From: Chitinophaga pinensis
GTDB lineage: Bacteria; Bacteroidota; Bacteroidia; NS11-12g; UBA9320
Direction of reading: 5' to 3'
Length of the DNA: 35,619 nucleotides
Assembly: GCA_945890595.1 (NCBI GenBank)
Contig: CAMDCQ010000002.1
Location: 1 to 35,619, forward strand
Within the stretch, counting starts at the first letter, position 1. Each line of letters opens with the position of its first letter. The notes under the pieces are model-generated. The model saw only the letters and a program-made list of their open reading frames with translations, made no database searches and had not been told where the DNA came from. Positions 25,242 through 35,477 of the stretch are shown piece after piece. The translations under genes and the position numbers were made by a program.

Positions 25242-27323
25242 TTAATTTAAGTCTTCAATAATTTGCAAGGCCTCGTATACATAAGGATCTTTGGCGATGC
25301 TTTTAATCCATTCCTCGTTGCGTTTTACACGAGAGGCCTCACCTTTAATCAAGGCCAAATCAGAGGGTATGTTGCGCACTACAAATCCATTTATTACAAT
25401 GGTATTAAGTACCTCATATTTTTCTCCTTCTTTATTCTCTTTTACTTCTTGTGCCTTGTAGGCCTCTAAGCTTAATGGGAAAATGTTTATTTCGCGCTGT
25501 TCCTCCCAGCGTCGAGCATTTTCCTCAATCAAATTAAAAGTTTCGTTTTTCTTAACTCTTGCTTGACTTTTCTTAATCGCCTTATTACGTGCATCCAGCT
25601 TGACTATTTCATAGTTAGAACTTGAAATTTGGTCCCAAGCCATAGCATAGTCATTTTCGTTTTCGCCTGTTTTTATATACATGTAGTTGTCAGGTAATAC
25701 TACGTCAGAGCTTACGCCTTTAAGTTGTGTGGCATCTCCGTTTATTCTATAAAACTTCTGAATAGTTAGTTTTACACTACCTAAGTCGGGAAGGTTTTTA
25801 TTGCGTAGGGTTTGATTCAGATTAAGAAAACGTTGAACAGTTCCTTTGCCATGTGATGAGGCTGAACCTACAATAACAGCTCTACCATAATCTTGCATTG
25901 CTGCAGCCATAATTTCAGAGGCTGATGCACTAAATTCATTAATCATAATCACAAGTGCGCCATCCCATTCGGCACCTGGGTTTCTGTCTTCAAGCAGTTG
26001 GGCTTGCCTCCCTTTTTCTTTTACTTGTACAATAGGTCCTTCGTCTATAAAAAGTCCGCCCATTTTCACAACGTCATCTAAGGATCCACCGCCGTTATTT
26101 CGTAGGTCTAATATGATTCCTTTTACACCCGTGGCTTTTAGTTTTTCTACTTCTACTTTTACATCTTTCCAGCTAAATCTTCCTCTAGGATTTTGAAAAT
26201 CAGCATAGAATGTAGGTAGGTAGATGTAACCCGTTTTTACATTATCTTGATCATGTAAAATAAGTGATTTGGCGTAGGTCTCTTCCAAAACTACCACATC
26301 ACGGGTAATCGTTATATTTTTAATGGAACCATCAGGTTTGCGCACGGTAAGTGTCACCTTGGTTCCTTTTTTTCCACGTATAATTTTTACGGCATCATTT
26401 ATTCTCCAATCTATTATTTCTACAGGTTCGCCTCCTTCTTGTTTTACTTTCAAAATAAGGTCATTTGCCATAAGTTCACCTTGAAGCGATGAGGGGCCTC
26501 CAGGAATTATATTCGTTATTTTAATATAGCCGTCTTTTTCTTGCAACTGAGCGCCAATACCTTCAAGGTGGCCGCTCATTTGAATGTCAAAATCCTCTTT
26601 CTGCTCGGGCGGGAAATAGTTAGTGTGAGGATCATATACCGCCGTTATACTGTTTATATAAAGCGCAAGTCGGTCCTTGCGATCTAGGCGATTTAATCTT
26701 TTGTACCAATCTCGGTGTGTTTTTAGCACATTTTGTCGAGCATGGTATTCTAGAGAATCATATGACTTTGGTGTAAAAATAGTATCACCTCTTTCTTTGG
26801 CCTTTTCTTGAGCGATGATATCATCATGTAGGCGAGAGAGAACACTATATTTAAGGTATTTTCTCCAACGATCTCGCAATTCTGTTTCATCTTTGGCAAA
26901 GGGCATATCTTCTCCAAGATTTACTTCTTCATTCTCTGTAAAGCTAAATGGCTTTGCCAGAATATCTTCAAAATATCCCTCAGTTACCTTGGTTTGTTTT
27001 TGGATTAATTCTAATGAAAGGTCAAAAAGTTTGTATGTTCCGTCGTTTATCTCGTTGTCTATTTCATTGCGATAATCAACCAGTTGAACAGTATCTGAGG
27101 CTAGAAGTAAACGCTTGTTACCGTCAATGTTTTTGAGGTATAAATCAAAAGCTTTTTGAGAAAAGGCATCATCTACCACAGGCGGATCATAGTGTGCGCC
27201 TTGTAAACTCATGTTAATTGCTTGGACTAAAATCGACTCACTTTCGTCTTGAGCTTTCATGTAAAATCCAGTGGCTACAAAGAGGAATGGAGCTACGACA
27301 AAAAATATATTTTTTAATTTCAT
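25242..27323 (-). CDS. Carboxy-terminal processing (tail-specific) peptidase, family S41
   Basis: It has a signal peptide and a PDZ-like segment (GIGAQLQEKDGYIKITNIIPGGPSSLQG). The S41 core has the Ser context NEFSASASEIMAAA and the Lys context SHGKGTVQ. Confidence 0.9.
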   Translation of the reverse strand: MKLKNIFFVVAPFLFVATGFYMKAQDESESILVQAINMSLQGAHYDPPVVDDAFSQKAFDLYLKNIDGNKRLLLASDTVQLVDYRNEIDNEINDGTYKLFDLSLELIQKQTKVTEGYFEDILAKPFSFTENEEVNLGEDMPFAKDETELRDRWRKYLKYSVLSRLHDDIIAQEKAKERGDTIFTPKSYDSLEYHARQNVLKTHRDWYKRLNRLDRKDRLALYINSITAVYDPHTNYFPPEQKEDFDIQMSGHLEGIGAQLQEKDGYIKITNIIPGGPSSLQGELMANDLILKVKQEGGEPVEIIDWRINDAVKIIRGKKGTKVTLTVRKPDGSIKNITITRDVVVLEETYAKSLILHDQDNVKTGYIYLPTFYADFQNPRGRFSWKDVKVEVEKLKATGVKGIILDLRNNGGGSLDDVVKMGGLFIDEGPIVQVKEKGRQAQLLEDRNPGAEWDGALVIMINEFSASASEIMAAAMQDYGRAVIVGSASSHGKGTVQRFLNLNQTLRNKNLPDLGSVKLTIQKFYRINGDATQLKGVSSDVVLPDNYMYIKTGENENDYAMAWDQISSSNYEIVKLDARNKAIKKSQARVKKNETFNLIEENARRWEEQREINIFPLSLEAYKAQEVKENKEGEKYEVLNTIVINGFVVRNIPSDLALIKGEASRVKRNEEWIKSIAKDPYVYEALQIIEDLN

Positions 27324-27447
27324 GGTATATGCTTGGAGTATAATAGAGTTACGTAGTTGGTGCGATTTATGTATACCAACGCATTAACTCTTCCTATTAA
27401 GGCACTAAATTAGTAAATTATTGCGGTGAGGATTTTATTTCACCATC

Positions 27448-27488
27448 AAAAATAAAAATAACCCGACCAACGGAATCGGTCGGGTTAT
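27448..27488 (-). terminator. Rho-independent terminator after ndk
   Basis: An 11-bp stem pairs ATAACCCGACC (27458-27468) with GGTCGGGTTAT (27478-27488) around a 9-nt loop. On the minus strand it is followed by TTTTATTTTT. Confidence 0.8.
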
Positions 27489-27504
27489 CTATTGGTTTGT
27501 TTTT

Positions 27505-27921
27505 TTAGAACATTTCGAAAGCAGAGAAGAAGAAAGAAGCTTCTCCAGCTGCATTCTCATCGCTATCGCTTCCGTGTATTGCGTTTGCGTCTATAGACAC
27601 AGCATACTTTGCTCTAATAGTACCCTCAGCAGCATCTGCTGGGTTGGTAGCTCCAATTAGTGTTCTAAAGTCTGCAACCGCATTTTCTTTAGTTAACACA
27701 GCTGCTACGATAGGACCAGAAGTCATAAAGCTAACTAAGTCATTAAAAAATGGACGCTCACGGTGAATACCGTAAAAAGCTTCTGCTTTTTCTTTAGACA
27801 AGTGAAGATACTTCATAGCTTTAATAGAGAATCCTCCTTCTATGATATCGTTAATTACTTTTCCAGTGTGCCCGTTTGCTACGGCATCTGGTTTGATCAT
27901 TGTAAACGTGATGTTTGACAT
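27505..27921 (-). CDS. ndk: Nucleoside-diphosphate kinase
   Basis: It shows [18 protein letters not shown] and the active-site context NAIHGSDS. Confidence 0.95.
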   Translation of the reverse strand: MSNITFTMIKPDAVANGHTGKVINDIIEGGFSIKAMKYLHLSKEKAEAFYGIHRERPFFNDLVSFMTSGPIVAAVLTKENAVADFRTLIGATNPADAAEGTIRAKYAVSIDANAIHGSDSDENAAGEASFFFSAFEMF

Positions 27922-27995
27922 GTTTTTTATTGATTTACAGGGGCAAAAATAGAATTATCCTTTTCTTTTCACGAGTTTTGTGACAAAATTAAAAC

Positions 27996-29006
27996 GTGCA
28001 AGATACCATAATCCATTCTTTACAAGATTTAAAAAGACAATCAGGTAAAATCATCATTACCACTCACCACAAACCTGATGGTGACGCCATCGGATCTAGC
28101 TTGGGTTTGTATCATTATTTAAAAGCAGCAGGAGTTGAATCTCAAGTCATTACGCCGACTGATTATGCAGATTTTTTACATTGGTTACCCGCAAATGAAA
28201 GTGTAATCATCTACGAAGAACAGAAAGAAATTAGCCAACAATTAATTGCAAGTGCTGCGTATATTTTCTGCCTTGATTTTAATGCATTAGGCAGAATAAA
28301 CGAGATGGGAGAGAATGTGGCAGCTAGTGCGGCTAAAAAAGTGATGATTGATCATCACCAAGACCCACAAGACTTCGACGATGAGCGTTACTTAGAAATA
28401 GGAGCTAGTTCTACCTGCGAGCTAATCATAAATTATGTAAAAAAACACTTAGATATATCCTTTATGACAAAAGAAATGGGGGAGTGTATCTACACAGGTT
28501 TAATAACAGATACGGGTTCGTTCAGATATGGTAGCACAACAAGTAATACCATACGAACAGCTGCCGACCTGATGGATTTAGGTGTAGTTCCCGCCAAAAT
28601 ATACAACAATCTTTTCGACCAAAATAGACTAGACCGTCTGCAATTATTAGGATACTTTTTAGCGAACAAAATAGAATTGATTGAAGATGGTACCGTTGCT
28701 CTCGCTCATCTAACAGAAGCAGAACTTGCTCAATATAACGTGGTAACGGGAGATACTGAGGGTTTTGTAAATTATGGCTTGGGTATTAAAGGCGTTCAGT
28801 TAAGCGCCTTGATTATTGATAGGGGATATTTAGTAAAAATGAGTTTTAGAAGTACCGATGTATTTCCCTGTAATGAGTTTAGTGCGAAGTATTTTAACGG
28901 TGGAGGTCATAAAAATGCTGCGGGCGGGGCAAGTCAAGAAGGTTTAAAAAAAACAATAGAAAAGTTCAAAGAGTCCATAAAAAATTACAAAAACTACCTG
29001 GGATGA
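27996..29006 (+). CDS. nrnA: DHH-family phosphoesterase (NrnA-type oligoribonuclease / pAp phosphatase)
   Basis: The DHH motifs are HHKPDGDAIGS, DFN, IDHHQD and DTGSFRYG. The DHHA1 motif is GGGHKNAAGG. The start codon is GTG. Confidence 0.85.
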   Translation: MQDTIIHSLQDLKRQSGKIIITTHHKPDGDAIGSSLGLYHYLKAAGVESQVITPTDYADFLHWLPANESVIIYEEQKEISQQLIASAAYIFCLDFNALGRINEMGENVAASAAKKVMIDHHQDPQDFDDERYLEIGASSTCELIINYVKKHLDISFMTKEMGECIYTGLITDTGSFRYGSTTSNTIRTAADLMDLGVVPAKIYNNLFDQNRLDRLQLLGYFLANKIELIEDGTVALAHLTEAELAQYNVVTGDTEGFVNYGLGIKGVQLSALIIDRGYLVKMSFRSTDVFPCNEFSAKYFNGGGHKNAAGGASQEGLKKTIEKFKESIKNYKNYLG

Positions 29007-29812
29007 AGAATGCAATTATCATTAGCTTTCTGTGCTTTATTATAAGCAGTTGTGGAAAGACATTCAAAAAAGAAGGAAATATAGAATTTTGGCGGGGCGG
29101 TGAAGCGTGTAGCGGGGGAGTTAAAAACCATTGGCTACTTGATGTACAAGCTACAAATGCTTCTGATAGCGTATATCTAAACACAAATGCATTGCATCGA
29201 AAACTGGAGCTGCATAGACTGGTGTTAGATACCACAACTGTTTTTTATAAATTACTGAGCCAAACTTGCAAGGGAGATAGTTTAGAAATGAAGATACCAG
29301 CTAATGAGTTTTATACGGGTTTAGGTGGAGCTGTTCCAGAGAATTTAGGCGTAAATGAAGTTTTAAAAATTAAAATTTGGATGCGGGATATGTTAGACGA
29401 CATGGGTCACATTGCGTATAAAAAATTATTTGAAAGCGAAATGATGAGCAGATACATCCAACAAAATAAGTGGAATGCGACCAGAGATAGCAACACGCTC
29501 ATCTACTTTGAACGTCTAAAAACCAATGACAAACCTCGAGGGACCTCCGATAAAACAGAGATCTCATTTGTAATAAAATCGTTAAGCGAATATGTATTTG
29601 CAGGGACGCAAGTGGGTAAACCCTATATCTACAATCCGCAGGACGCAAACCTACTTCCAGGCATTCATTTTTTAATGGCTAATTTGGCTGTAGGAGAGAG
29701 TGTTCGAGCAATACTGCCGTCTGACCAGGCGTTTGGTTCTGAAGGCAATACAACGATTCCTGGCTATACACCGATACTCGTTGAGATAGAGGTGTTGGCA
29801 AAGTCAAAATGA
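29003..29812 (+). CDS. FKBP-type peptidyl-prolyl isomerase-like lipoprotein (possibly GldI-like)
   Basis: The lipobox is FIISSCG. The C-terminus LLPGIHFLMANLAVGESVRAILPSDQAFGSEGNTTIPGYTPILVEIEVL matches the FKBP C-terminal pattern. The GldI assignment is only a recollection of gene context. Confidence 0.65.
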   Translation: MKNAIIISFLCFIISSCGKTFKKEGNIEFWRGGEACSGGVKNHWLLDVQATNASDSVYLNTNALHRKLELHRLVLDTTTVFYKLLSQTCKGDSLEMKIPANEFYTGLGGAVPENLGVNEVLKIKIWMRDMLDDMGHIAYKKLFESEMMSRYIQQNKWNATRDSNTLIYFERLKTNDKPRGTSDKTEISFVIKSLSEYVFAGTQVGKPYIYNPQDANLLPGIHFLMANLAVGESVRAILPSDQAFGSEGNTTIPGYTPILVEIEVLAKSK

Positions 29813-31542
29813 AAAGTTTAAAAGCAATATCGAGTGTTCAGCAAAGACTGAGTAATATTTTGAGTGTCTCGCAGAAAAAGAAATTCTCGATTATGGTTGC
29901 CCTCAGCTTATGTGCAGCTTTGCTCGAAATTGCAGGTATTTCGGTACTCTTACACACCGTGCTTTCTATCCTGAAGCCTGAGTTTGTGCAACGCAATGTT
30001 TTTACTTCTTTTGTTTACAATGGTCTGGGTATTCGTGATTCAAAAACATTCATTCTCTTTATTTCTGCCTTTCTTTTTCTGTTTTATGTTGTTAAAAATG
30101 TAATTTTAGTCCAGCTTAATAAGTACCAGGTTAACTATGCTTTTGAGATTACAGACCAGGTCTCTAGCGGTTTTTATCAGCACATCGCAAAGCAAGATTT
30201 ACTTTATTTTACTCAAAAAAAATCGTCAGAAATAATGCACGAGATAGGCATGACAAGTCTAAGTTTTGCAGAAGGAATATTACTTTCCAGTATCATAGTA
30301 ATTTCAGAATTTATGGTTATTGTGTTGGCACTATGTGGCGTTTTATTGTACAACCCTTTACTCTTCGTATTCTCGTTTCTCACCTTAATTCCAACAGCAG
30401 CTCTTATTATGTTCATCAATCGAAGAAAATTAAGACTTGCAGGTGCTAGCTTAAGTAATATTAGTCCGTTGATATATGAAAATGCGGGTGAGTTAGCCTC
30501 AGGAATAACGAACATAAAACTTTGGAATGGCGCCGGTTATTTTTATGAGAGATATGAAAAGCTAAAAAAGGAGGCATATGCACTTAAAACCAATATGTAT
30601 ATTAGTTCTCAGTTTATTCCCATACGCATATTTGAGGTTATCGCTATTTCAGGGATATTGTGTGTAGTGCTTTATGCCACGTTAGCAGATCATGACTTAA
30701 CCAAAATCGTAATGTACATTTCGATTTATGCAGGAGTTTCGTTCAGGCTGTTGCCCAGTATCAATAGGGTAGTTATGTCGTCAAATAATTTATCAGTCAA
30801 TAGTTATATTTTGGACATGCTGATGAAGGTTGACGAAACAGAAGAAAACATCGGGGCTTTTACAACACGGCTTAGCTTGCACAAGGAAATAAGTTTAAAT
30901 GCAGTTAGTTTTTCTTACCCAGATGGAACAAGGGTACTAAATGATATTACTATCGACATACCAAAAGGCAGTTTTGTTGGGCTAGTAGGGGCTAGCGGTT
31001 CAGGAAAATCCACAGCAGTTAATATTTTGTCTTCTCTAATAGTACCTACAAGCGGTTGTATTATGATAGACGGCAAAAAGCTAGAGCCAGAAAATTATGC
31101 AGCCTATCGTTTTCTATTTTCATATGTGGAACAAGAGGTGTTCATGCTAAATGACTCTGTGCTCCGTAATGTGGCATTTTTAGATCCAAATCCAGATTTG
31201 GTTAAGGCAAGGAAATGCATAGAAAAGGTTAATTTAACCACGTGGCTAGATGGATTGCCAAACGGCTGGGATACTAAAGTGGGAGAATTGGGTAATCACA
31301 TAAGTGGTGGCCAAAAACAGCGAATCGCTATTGCAAGATCGCTGTATAAGGATGCGGAAGTATTCATTTTTGACGAGGTTTCAAATAACCTGGATACGTA
31401 CTCAAAAGAACAAACCTTAATTGCCATTAGAGAGCTTAAGATGGAAGGAAAAACTGCTATTCTTATAACGCACAAAGAGGATGAATTGGAGTTCTGTGAT
31501 CGTGTTTATACACTCAAAAATGGTCAGCTTCTACAAGTGTAA
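29809..31542 (+). CDS. ABC exporter, fused permease/ATPase (MsbA-like)
   Basis: It has about six N-terminal TM helices. The ATPase motifs are Walker A GASGSGKST, signature ISGGQKQR and Walker B VFIFDEVS. Confidence 0.9.
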   Translation: MKSLKAISSVQQRLSNILSVSQKKKFSIMVALSLCAALLEIAGISVLLHTVLSILKPEFVQRNVFTSFVYNGLGIRDSKTFILFISAFLFLFYVVKNVILVQLNKYQVNYAFEITDQVSSGFYQHIAKQDLLYFTQKKSSEIMHEIGMTSLSFAEGILLSSIIVISEFMVIVLALCGVLLYNPLLFVFSFLTLIPTAALIMFINRRKLRLAGASLSNISPLIYENAGELASGITNIKLWNGAGYFYERYEKLKKEAYALKTNMYISSQFIPIRIFEVIAISGILCVVLYATLADHDLTKIVMYISIYAGVSFRLLPSINRVVMSSNNLSVNSYILDMLMKVDETEENIGAFTTRLSLHKEISLNAVSFSYPDGTRVLNDITIDIPKGSFVGLVGASGSGKSTAVNILSSLIVPTSGCIMIDGKKLEPENYAAYRFLFSYVEQEVFMLNDSVLRNVAFLDPNPDLVKARKCIEKVNLTTWLDGLPNGWDTKVGELGNHISGGQKQRIAIARSLYKDAEVFIFDEVSNNLDTYSKEQTLIAIRELKMEGKTAILITHKEDELEFCDRVYTLKNGQLLQV

Positions 31543-31590
31543 TAGAAGTTGTATTTCATTTAAAAAAAAAATTAAGCCACTAAATTACGC

Positions 31591-32043
31591 TTATTTTAGG
31601 GTATTCGTCCTTTTGGGATGTCTATTCTTGGTTACATCTACTATAAATCTATTGGCAAGTAGTTTTCTGCCCAATAGCGTTGGAAATCGCATTTTAGAAC
31701 GATTGCTCAAGTTAAATGTGCTCCTGAAACTGTGACCATTTATTTCCACATCCATTTTAATTTGATATCTTGTGGTTACAATACCATTTGAACTACGCAC
31801 TTTTTTAGTTTTAAACAAAGTGGTTGTATGTTCTTTCCCCGTGTATTCTGGGTGGGTTTTATTAAGTAGGATAAAAACCAAAATGTGCTCTCCATCAGGC
31901 GTTACTCTTTCTTCACTATAGCAACAGTCTATGGCACTATTATACGCGCCAGTATCCGTTTTTGATTTAAGTTTAAATATGCCTACTTGAGGTAAATTTA
32001 TCTCCTCGTGCATGCCGAGTATATTCAGGGATGATGCGTCCAT
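31591..32043 (-). CDS. RimK-associated putative zinc/aspartic protease domain protein (PF05618-like)
   Basis: It has a retropepsin-like motif KSKTDTGAYNSAI and a C-terminal segment FPTLLGRKLLANRFIVDV, as I recall for this family. Confidence 0.75.
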   Translation of the reverse strand: MDASSLNILGMHEEINLPQVGIFKLKSKTDTGAYNSAIDCCYSEERVTPDGEHILVFILLNKTHPEYTGKEHTTTLFKTKKVRSSNGIVTTRYQIKMDVEINGHSFRSTFNLSNRSKMRFPTLLGRKLLANRFIVDVTKNRHPKRTNTLK

Positions 32044-32046
32044 AAC

Positions 32047-33093
32047 CTATAACCACTTTTTCTTTTTAAAGAATAGAATAATAAAAGTTACCACTAAAAC
32101 CATTAAACCAATGACGGTGGGGTAGGCCCAAGCTACTTTAGTTTCTGGCATGTACATAAAATTCATTCCATAAAATCCTGCAATAAAGGTAATAGGGATA
32201 AAAATAGCAGACATAATGGTGAGCAGTTTTATCATCTCATTCAGACGATTAGTTTGTTGTGCGAAGTATAAATCCGACAAAGAGTTTACGTGGTCTAGCT
32301 GTCGGCTCAGAGAATCTATATTATGTTTTGCGTTATGCGATATGGACGTAAATAGTTTAGTCACAAAACTAGAAAGAGCAAAAAATTCTGACGTAGTGAG
32401 TGCCTCAATTATTTCACTAGATATGCGCGCATCTTTGTGTACCTGCAGAAGGTCTTTTTTAACAGCATGCAGAGAACTTAAGTTAATAGCGTTGTCGTTA
32501 CTAGCAATTTCAGACTCAAGTGACAATAGGCTGTCTTCAGAGCTGTCACTAATAAGCGTATATTGGTCCACAATGGAATCACATAGGAGAAAAAAAAGGT
32601 AATCAACACTTTTTTTACGGATCGGGCCATAATTGTTTTCCATGCGGGTTCTAATATTTTGAAAAACGTCTTCTTCTATTTCTTGTAAGCTAATGATTAC
32701 ATTCTCCCCTAAGATAAAACTGATATGCTCGGTGTCGTGCAAATCATATTTTTTCATTTTAAAGGAGCAGAAAAGATGTTTATCCGTTTCCCATTGCTTT
32801 GATCGTTGGGAAAAATCAACAGCATCAGCCATCAAGAAAGGGTCTATCCGAAAAAAGTGTTCTATAGATTCGAGTGTTTTTTTGTCTTCTAATGGATATA
32901 AATTTAACCAGATATATTTATCTTGATGCTCAGAAAGAAGGGGCTGTAAGTCATCCCATTTTTTTTCGATGGATTTTTTATAATATATATCGTTATAGAC
33001 TATACAGTCCATGTTCATGACACCGTTATCCTTTTCAAGATTGTACGAAATAGGACTATTAAATAGTTTCTTGTTCCTTTTTCTTGAGCTCAT
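32047..33093 (-). CDS. corA: CorA-family magnesium/cobalt transporter
   Basis: A GMN motif (FYGMNFMYMPE) lies between the two C-terminal TM helices. The start is uncertain: the 33093 start overlaps the MscS gene by 35 nt, and Met26/Met28 are alternatives. Confidence 0.88.
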   Translation of the reverse strand: MSSRKRNKKLFNSPISYNLEKDNGVMNMDCIVYNDIYYKKSIEKKWDDLQPLLSEHQDKYIWLNLYPLEDKKTLESIEHFFRIDPFLMADAVDFSQRSKQWETDKHLFCSFKMKKYDLHDTEHISFILGENVIISLQEIEEDVFQNIRTRMENNYGPIRKKSVDYLFFLLCDSIVDQYTLISDSSEDSLLSLESEIASNDNAINLSSLHAVKKDLLQVHKDARISSEIIEALTTSEFFALSSFVTKLFTSISHNAKHNIDSLSRQLDHVNSLSDLYFAQQTNRLNEMIKLLTIMSAIFIPITFIAGFYGMNFMYMPETKVAWAYPTVIGLMVLVVTFIILFFKKKKWL

Positions 33094-33937
33094 TATTTTT
33101 ATAAACGATGATTCGATGTGGGTATGGTATTTCTATAGTATTGGCTTCAAACTCTTTTTTAACGGTGTAGAATAGGTCCGTTTTTAAAGCAAATCCTTCT
33201 TCTTGGGTATCCGTCCATATATACGCTCTTAAGGTTATTCCTGAATCACCCCATTTTATAATTCTAACATCCACAGCAGGCTTATTTTCGTTGGTTTCTG
33301 CTAGTGACCTATAATCACGGTATAATGGATGGTTCAATGCGCTTTTCTGAATAATGTCAATAGCAGTATCCATATTAGAGTCGTAACTTATTACAAAAGG
33401 TATTCTATTCATAACCCGTTCATCTTTAATATTGGAGTTATGTATAGTCTCACTACTTATCATGGAGTTAGGAATGACAATGCGTTTATTTTCAAAATCG
33501 CGAATAACCGTATGTCGTAGCGTAATATCTTCTACATAACCTTCATCAAGTTCTCCTACCTTTATAAGATCGCCAACCCTAAAGGGTTTAAACATGACCA
33601 AAAAAATACCCCCTATAATATTTGAGAAAGCCTGTTGAGAGGCAAAACCAAGTATTGCAGCAAATATTCCAGCGCCAGCAAATAGTGTTTTGCCCACGTT
33701 TTTGAGGGGAGGAATAGTGTAAATAATAGCAATGACCCCAACGGTATAAATAAGAAAGGAAAGGGTGTTGTAAAGAAATTTTAGTCCCGTTATTTTAGCG
33801 TCGTCATCCGACGTGTCACTATAGGTTTTGCGAATACTTCGTTTGATAAGGGCTTTTCCTAGCTGTACCAATAAGTACGAAACTAAGGTGATAATTCCTA
33901 TCTGGATCAGCTCTTTTTGGGATATGCCAGCTACCAT
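33059..33937 (-). CDS. Mechanosensitive ion channel (MscS family)
   Basis: Three TM helices are followed by PFRVGDLIKVGELDEGYVEDITLRHTVIRDFENKRIVIPNS, the MscS beta-domain signature. ATG 33937 overlaps the fabH stop (AGATGGTAG). Confidence 0.85.
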   Translation of the reverse strand: MVAGISQKELIQIGIITLVSYLLVQLGKALIKRSIRKTYSDTSDDDAKITGLKFLYNTLSFLIYTVGVIAIIYTIPPLKNVGKTLFAGAGIFAAILGFASQQAFSNIIGGIFLVMFKPFRVGDLIKVGELDEGYVEDITLRHTVIRDFENKRIVIPNSMISSETIHNSNIKDERVMNRIPFVISYDSNMDTAIDIIQKSALNHPLYRDYRSLAETNENKPAVDVRIIKWGDSGITLRAYIWTDTQEEGFALKTDLFYTVKKEFEANTIEIPYPHRIIVYKNNELKKKEQETI

Positions 33938-34935
33938 CTTATAAGTGCACTTGCCCAGGTAAATCCACTGCCAAATGCCGCCAAACAAATCAAGTCTCCT
34001 TCTTTAACTTTACCAGCTAACTTAGCTTCTGCCAATGCTATGGGTATAGAAGCAGCGGTTGTATTGCCGTATTTTTGGATGTTGTTAAAGACTTGATCGT
34101 CTCTTAAGCCCATCTTTTGTTGTACAAATTGAGAAATACGGAGGTTTGCTTGATGGGGTATGAGCAAGTTTATATCAGTGCTTTTTAAATTATTTTGTGT
34201 TAAGGCTTCACCTATTACCTGCGGAAATCGGGTAACTGCATGCTTGAAAACAAACGTTCCGTTCATATATGGATAAATGGCCTCGTCGTCTTTTCCTGCA
34301 CCATCTATTATTTCAGGAACCCAACGTCGTGTGCTTGGCCCAAGTAGCGTAAGCTCTTCTGCAAATTCACCTTGCGAATGCAAGTGCGTAGAGAGGATAC
34401 CTCTATCAGCGTTTGGACTTTTGGATACAATTGCTGCCCCTGCTCCATCGCCAAAAATAACCGTTACTCCGCGTCCTTTAGTGGATTTATCAAGACCGCC
34501 GCTATGATATTCAGAGCCCACTACCAGAATGTTTTTATACATGCCTGTTTTGATGTATTGGTCTGCTATAGACAGGGCGTATACAAAACCACTGCATTGA
34601 TTTCGTACATCTAAGGCACCTATGGTATCTAGTCCTAAGTCTTTTTGCAGTGTAACACCGGGTCCAGGAAAATAGTAATCCGGACTTAAGGTAGCGAATA
34701 TGATAAAATCTATTTCAGTTTTATCTATTCCAGCATCAGCAATGGCATTTTTGGATGCTTCAAGAGCCATAGAAGATGTGCTCTCACTGTTATCTTTAAT
34801 CCAACGTCTTTCATTAATACCCGTCCGCTCAACGATCCACTCGTTGTTGGTGTCCATTATGCTAGCAAGGTCATCATTGGTTACAACATTGCTAGGAACA
34901 TAATAGCCCATACCTTTTATTATAGCACTATTCAT
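33931..34935 (-). CDS. fabH: Beta-ketoacyl-ACP synthase III
   Basis: The Cys-His-Asn triad contexts are NQCSGFVYAL, IPHQANLRI and YGNTTAASIP. The C-terminus is GSGFTWAS. Confidence 0.95.
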   Translation of the reverse strand: MNSAIIKGMGYYVPSNVVTNDDLASIMDTNNEWIVERTGINERRWIKDNSESTSSMALEASKNAIADAGIDKTEIDFIIFATLSPDYYFPGPGVTLQKDLGLDTIGALDVRNQCSGFVYALSIADQYIKTGMYKNILVVGSEYHSGGLDKSTKGRGVTVIFGDGAGAAIVSKSPNADRGILSTHLHSQGEFAEELTLLGPSTRRWVPEIIDGAGKDDEAIYPYMNGTFVFKHAVTRFPQVIGEALTQNNLKSTDINLLIPHQANLRISQFVQQKMGLRDDQVFNNIQKYGNTTAASIPIALAEAKLAGKVKEGDLICLAAFGSGFTWASALIRW

Positions 34936-35477
34936 CGGTGCAATTTAAGAAGAAAATGGAAAAGAGTAGAAATGATTTTTTCTGGTGTTTTACCAATGCA
35001 TATTGAGTTTGCAGACATGTCATGCGTAAGCCACACATGGTGTCCCTATATGAAGGCTTTATTATGCAAGAAGACTATGCATTGCCACTGCAGTTGTAAG
35101 TATCAGTCTATACGCCTATGGCTAATCATGTATGGTAACTACATAAAAGTGAACGCGGTAAGGCAACAGCATGCATTACGTAGTCACAGTGTATGAATCG
35201 GCGTGCTAATTGGTTTTGTGAGTAATAATTTTTTTTTGACAAAACAACTTGCTTGTTATCAATTAATTGCGTATTTTCTTTGCACTTTTTTTCTTCACAC
35301 TTTTTTCTTCCAAAAAAATTTTCCTATTTTCGGGATAGAACAAAACTCTAATTGCGGATTTATGAACTCTAAATAAGCAATACATTTTAAAAGTCAAGTA
35401 ACTATATAAAACACACTAAAAATAGTGACGGAAGGGGTATGTTCTGTAAACAATGTAAAACTGTAAAAACTAGACCT

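Noticed and set aside
26815-27136. Two plus-strand ORFs (86 and 62 aa) inside the S41 peptidase gene
   Set aside because: They are shadow ORFs opposite a well-supported 693-aa gene.
28966-29235. 89-aa minus-strand ORF across the nrnA/FKBP-lipoprotein junction
   Set aside because: It is antisense to two coupled, motif-supported genes.
31481-31735. 84-aa plus-strand ORF spanning the ABC exporter end and the protease-domain gene end
   Set aside because: It overlaps two better-supported genes. Its hydrophobic composition reflects the AT-rich convergent terminator region.
32216-32926. Plus-strand ORFs (128 aa and 77 aa) inside corA
   Set aside because: They are antisense to a gene with an unambiguous GMN motif and TM pair.
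34936-35477. RNase P RNA, tmRNA or another large housekeeping RNA in the long spacer
   Set aside because: The universal RNase P string GGAAAGTCC is absent on both strands, as is a tmRNA tRNA-like 3-prime end (GGTTCGA..CCACCA). No long-range 5-prime/3-prime pairing typical of 6S RNA could be drawn by hand.
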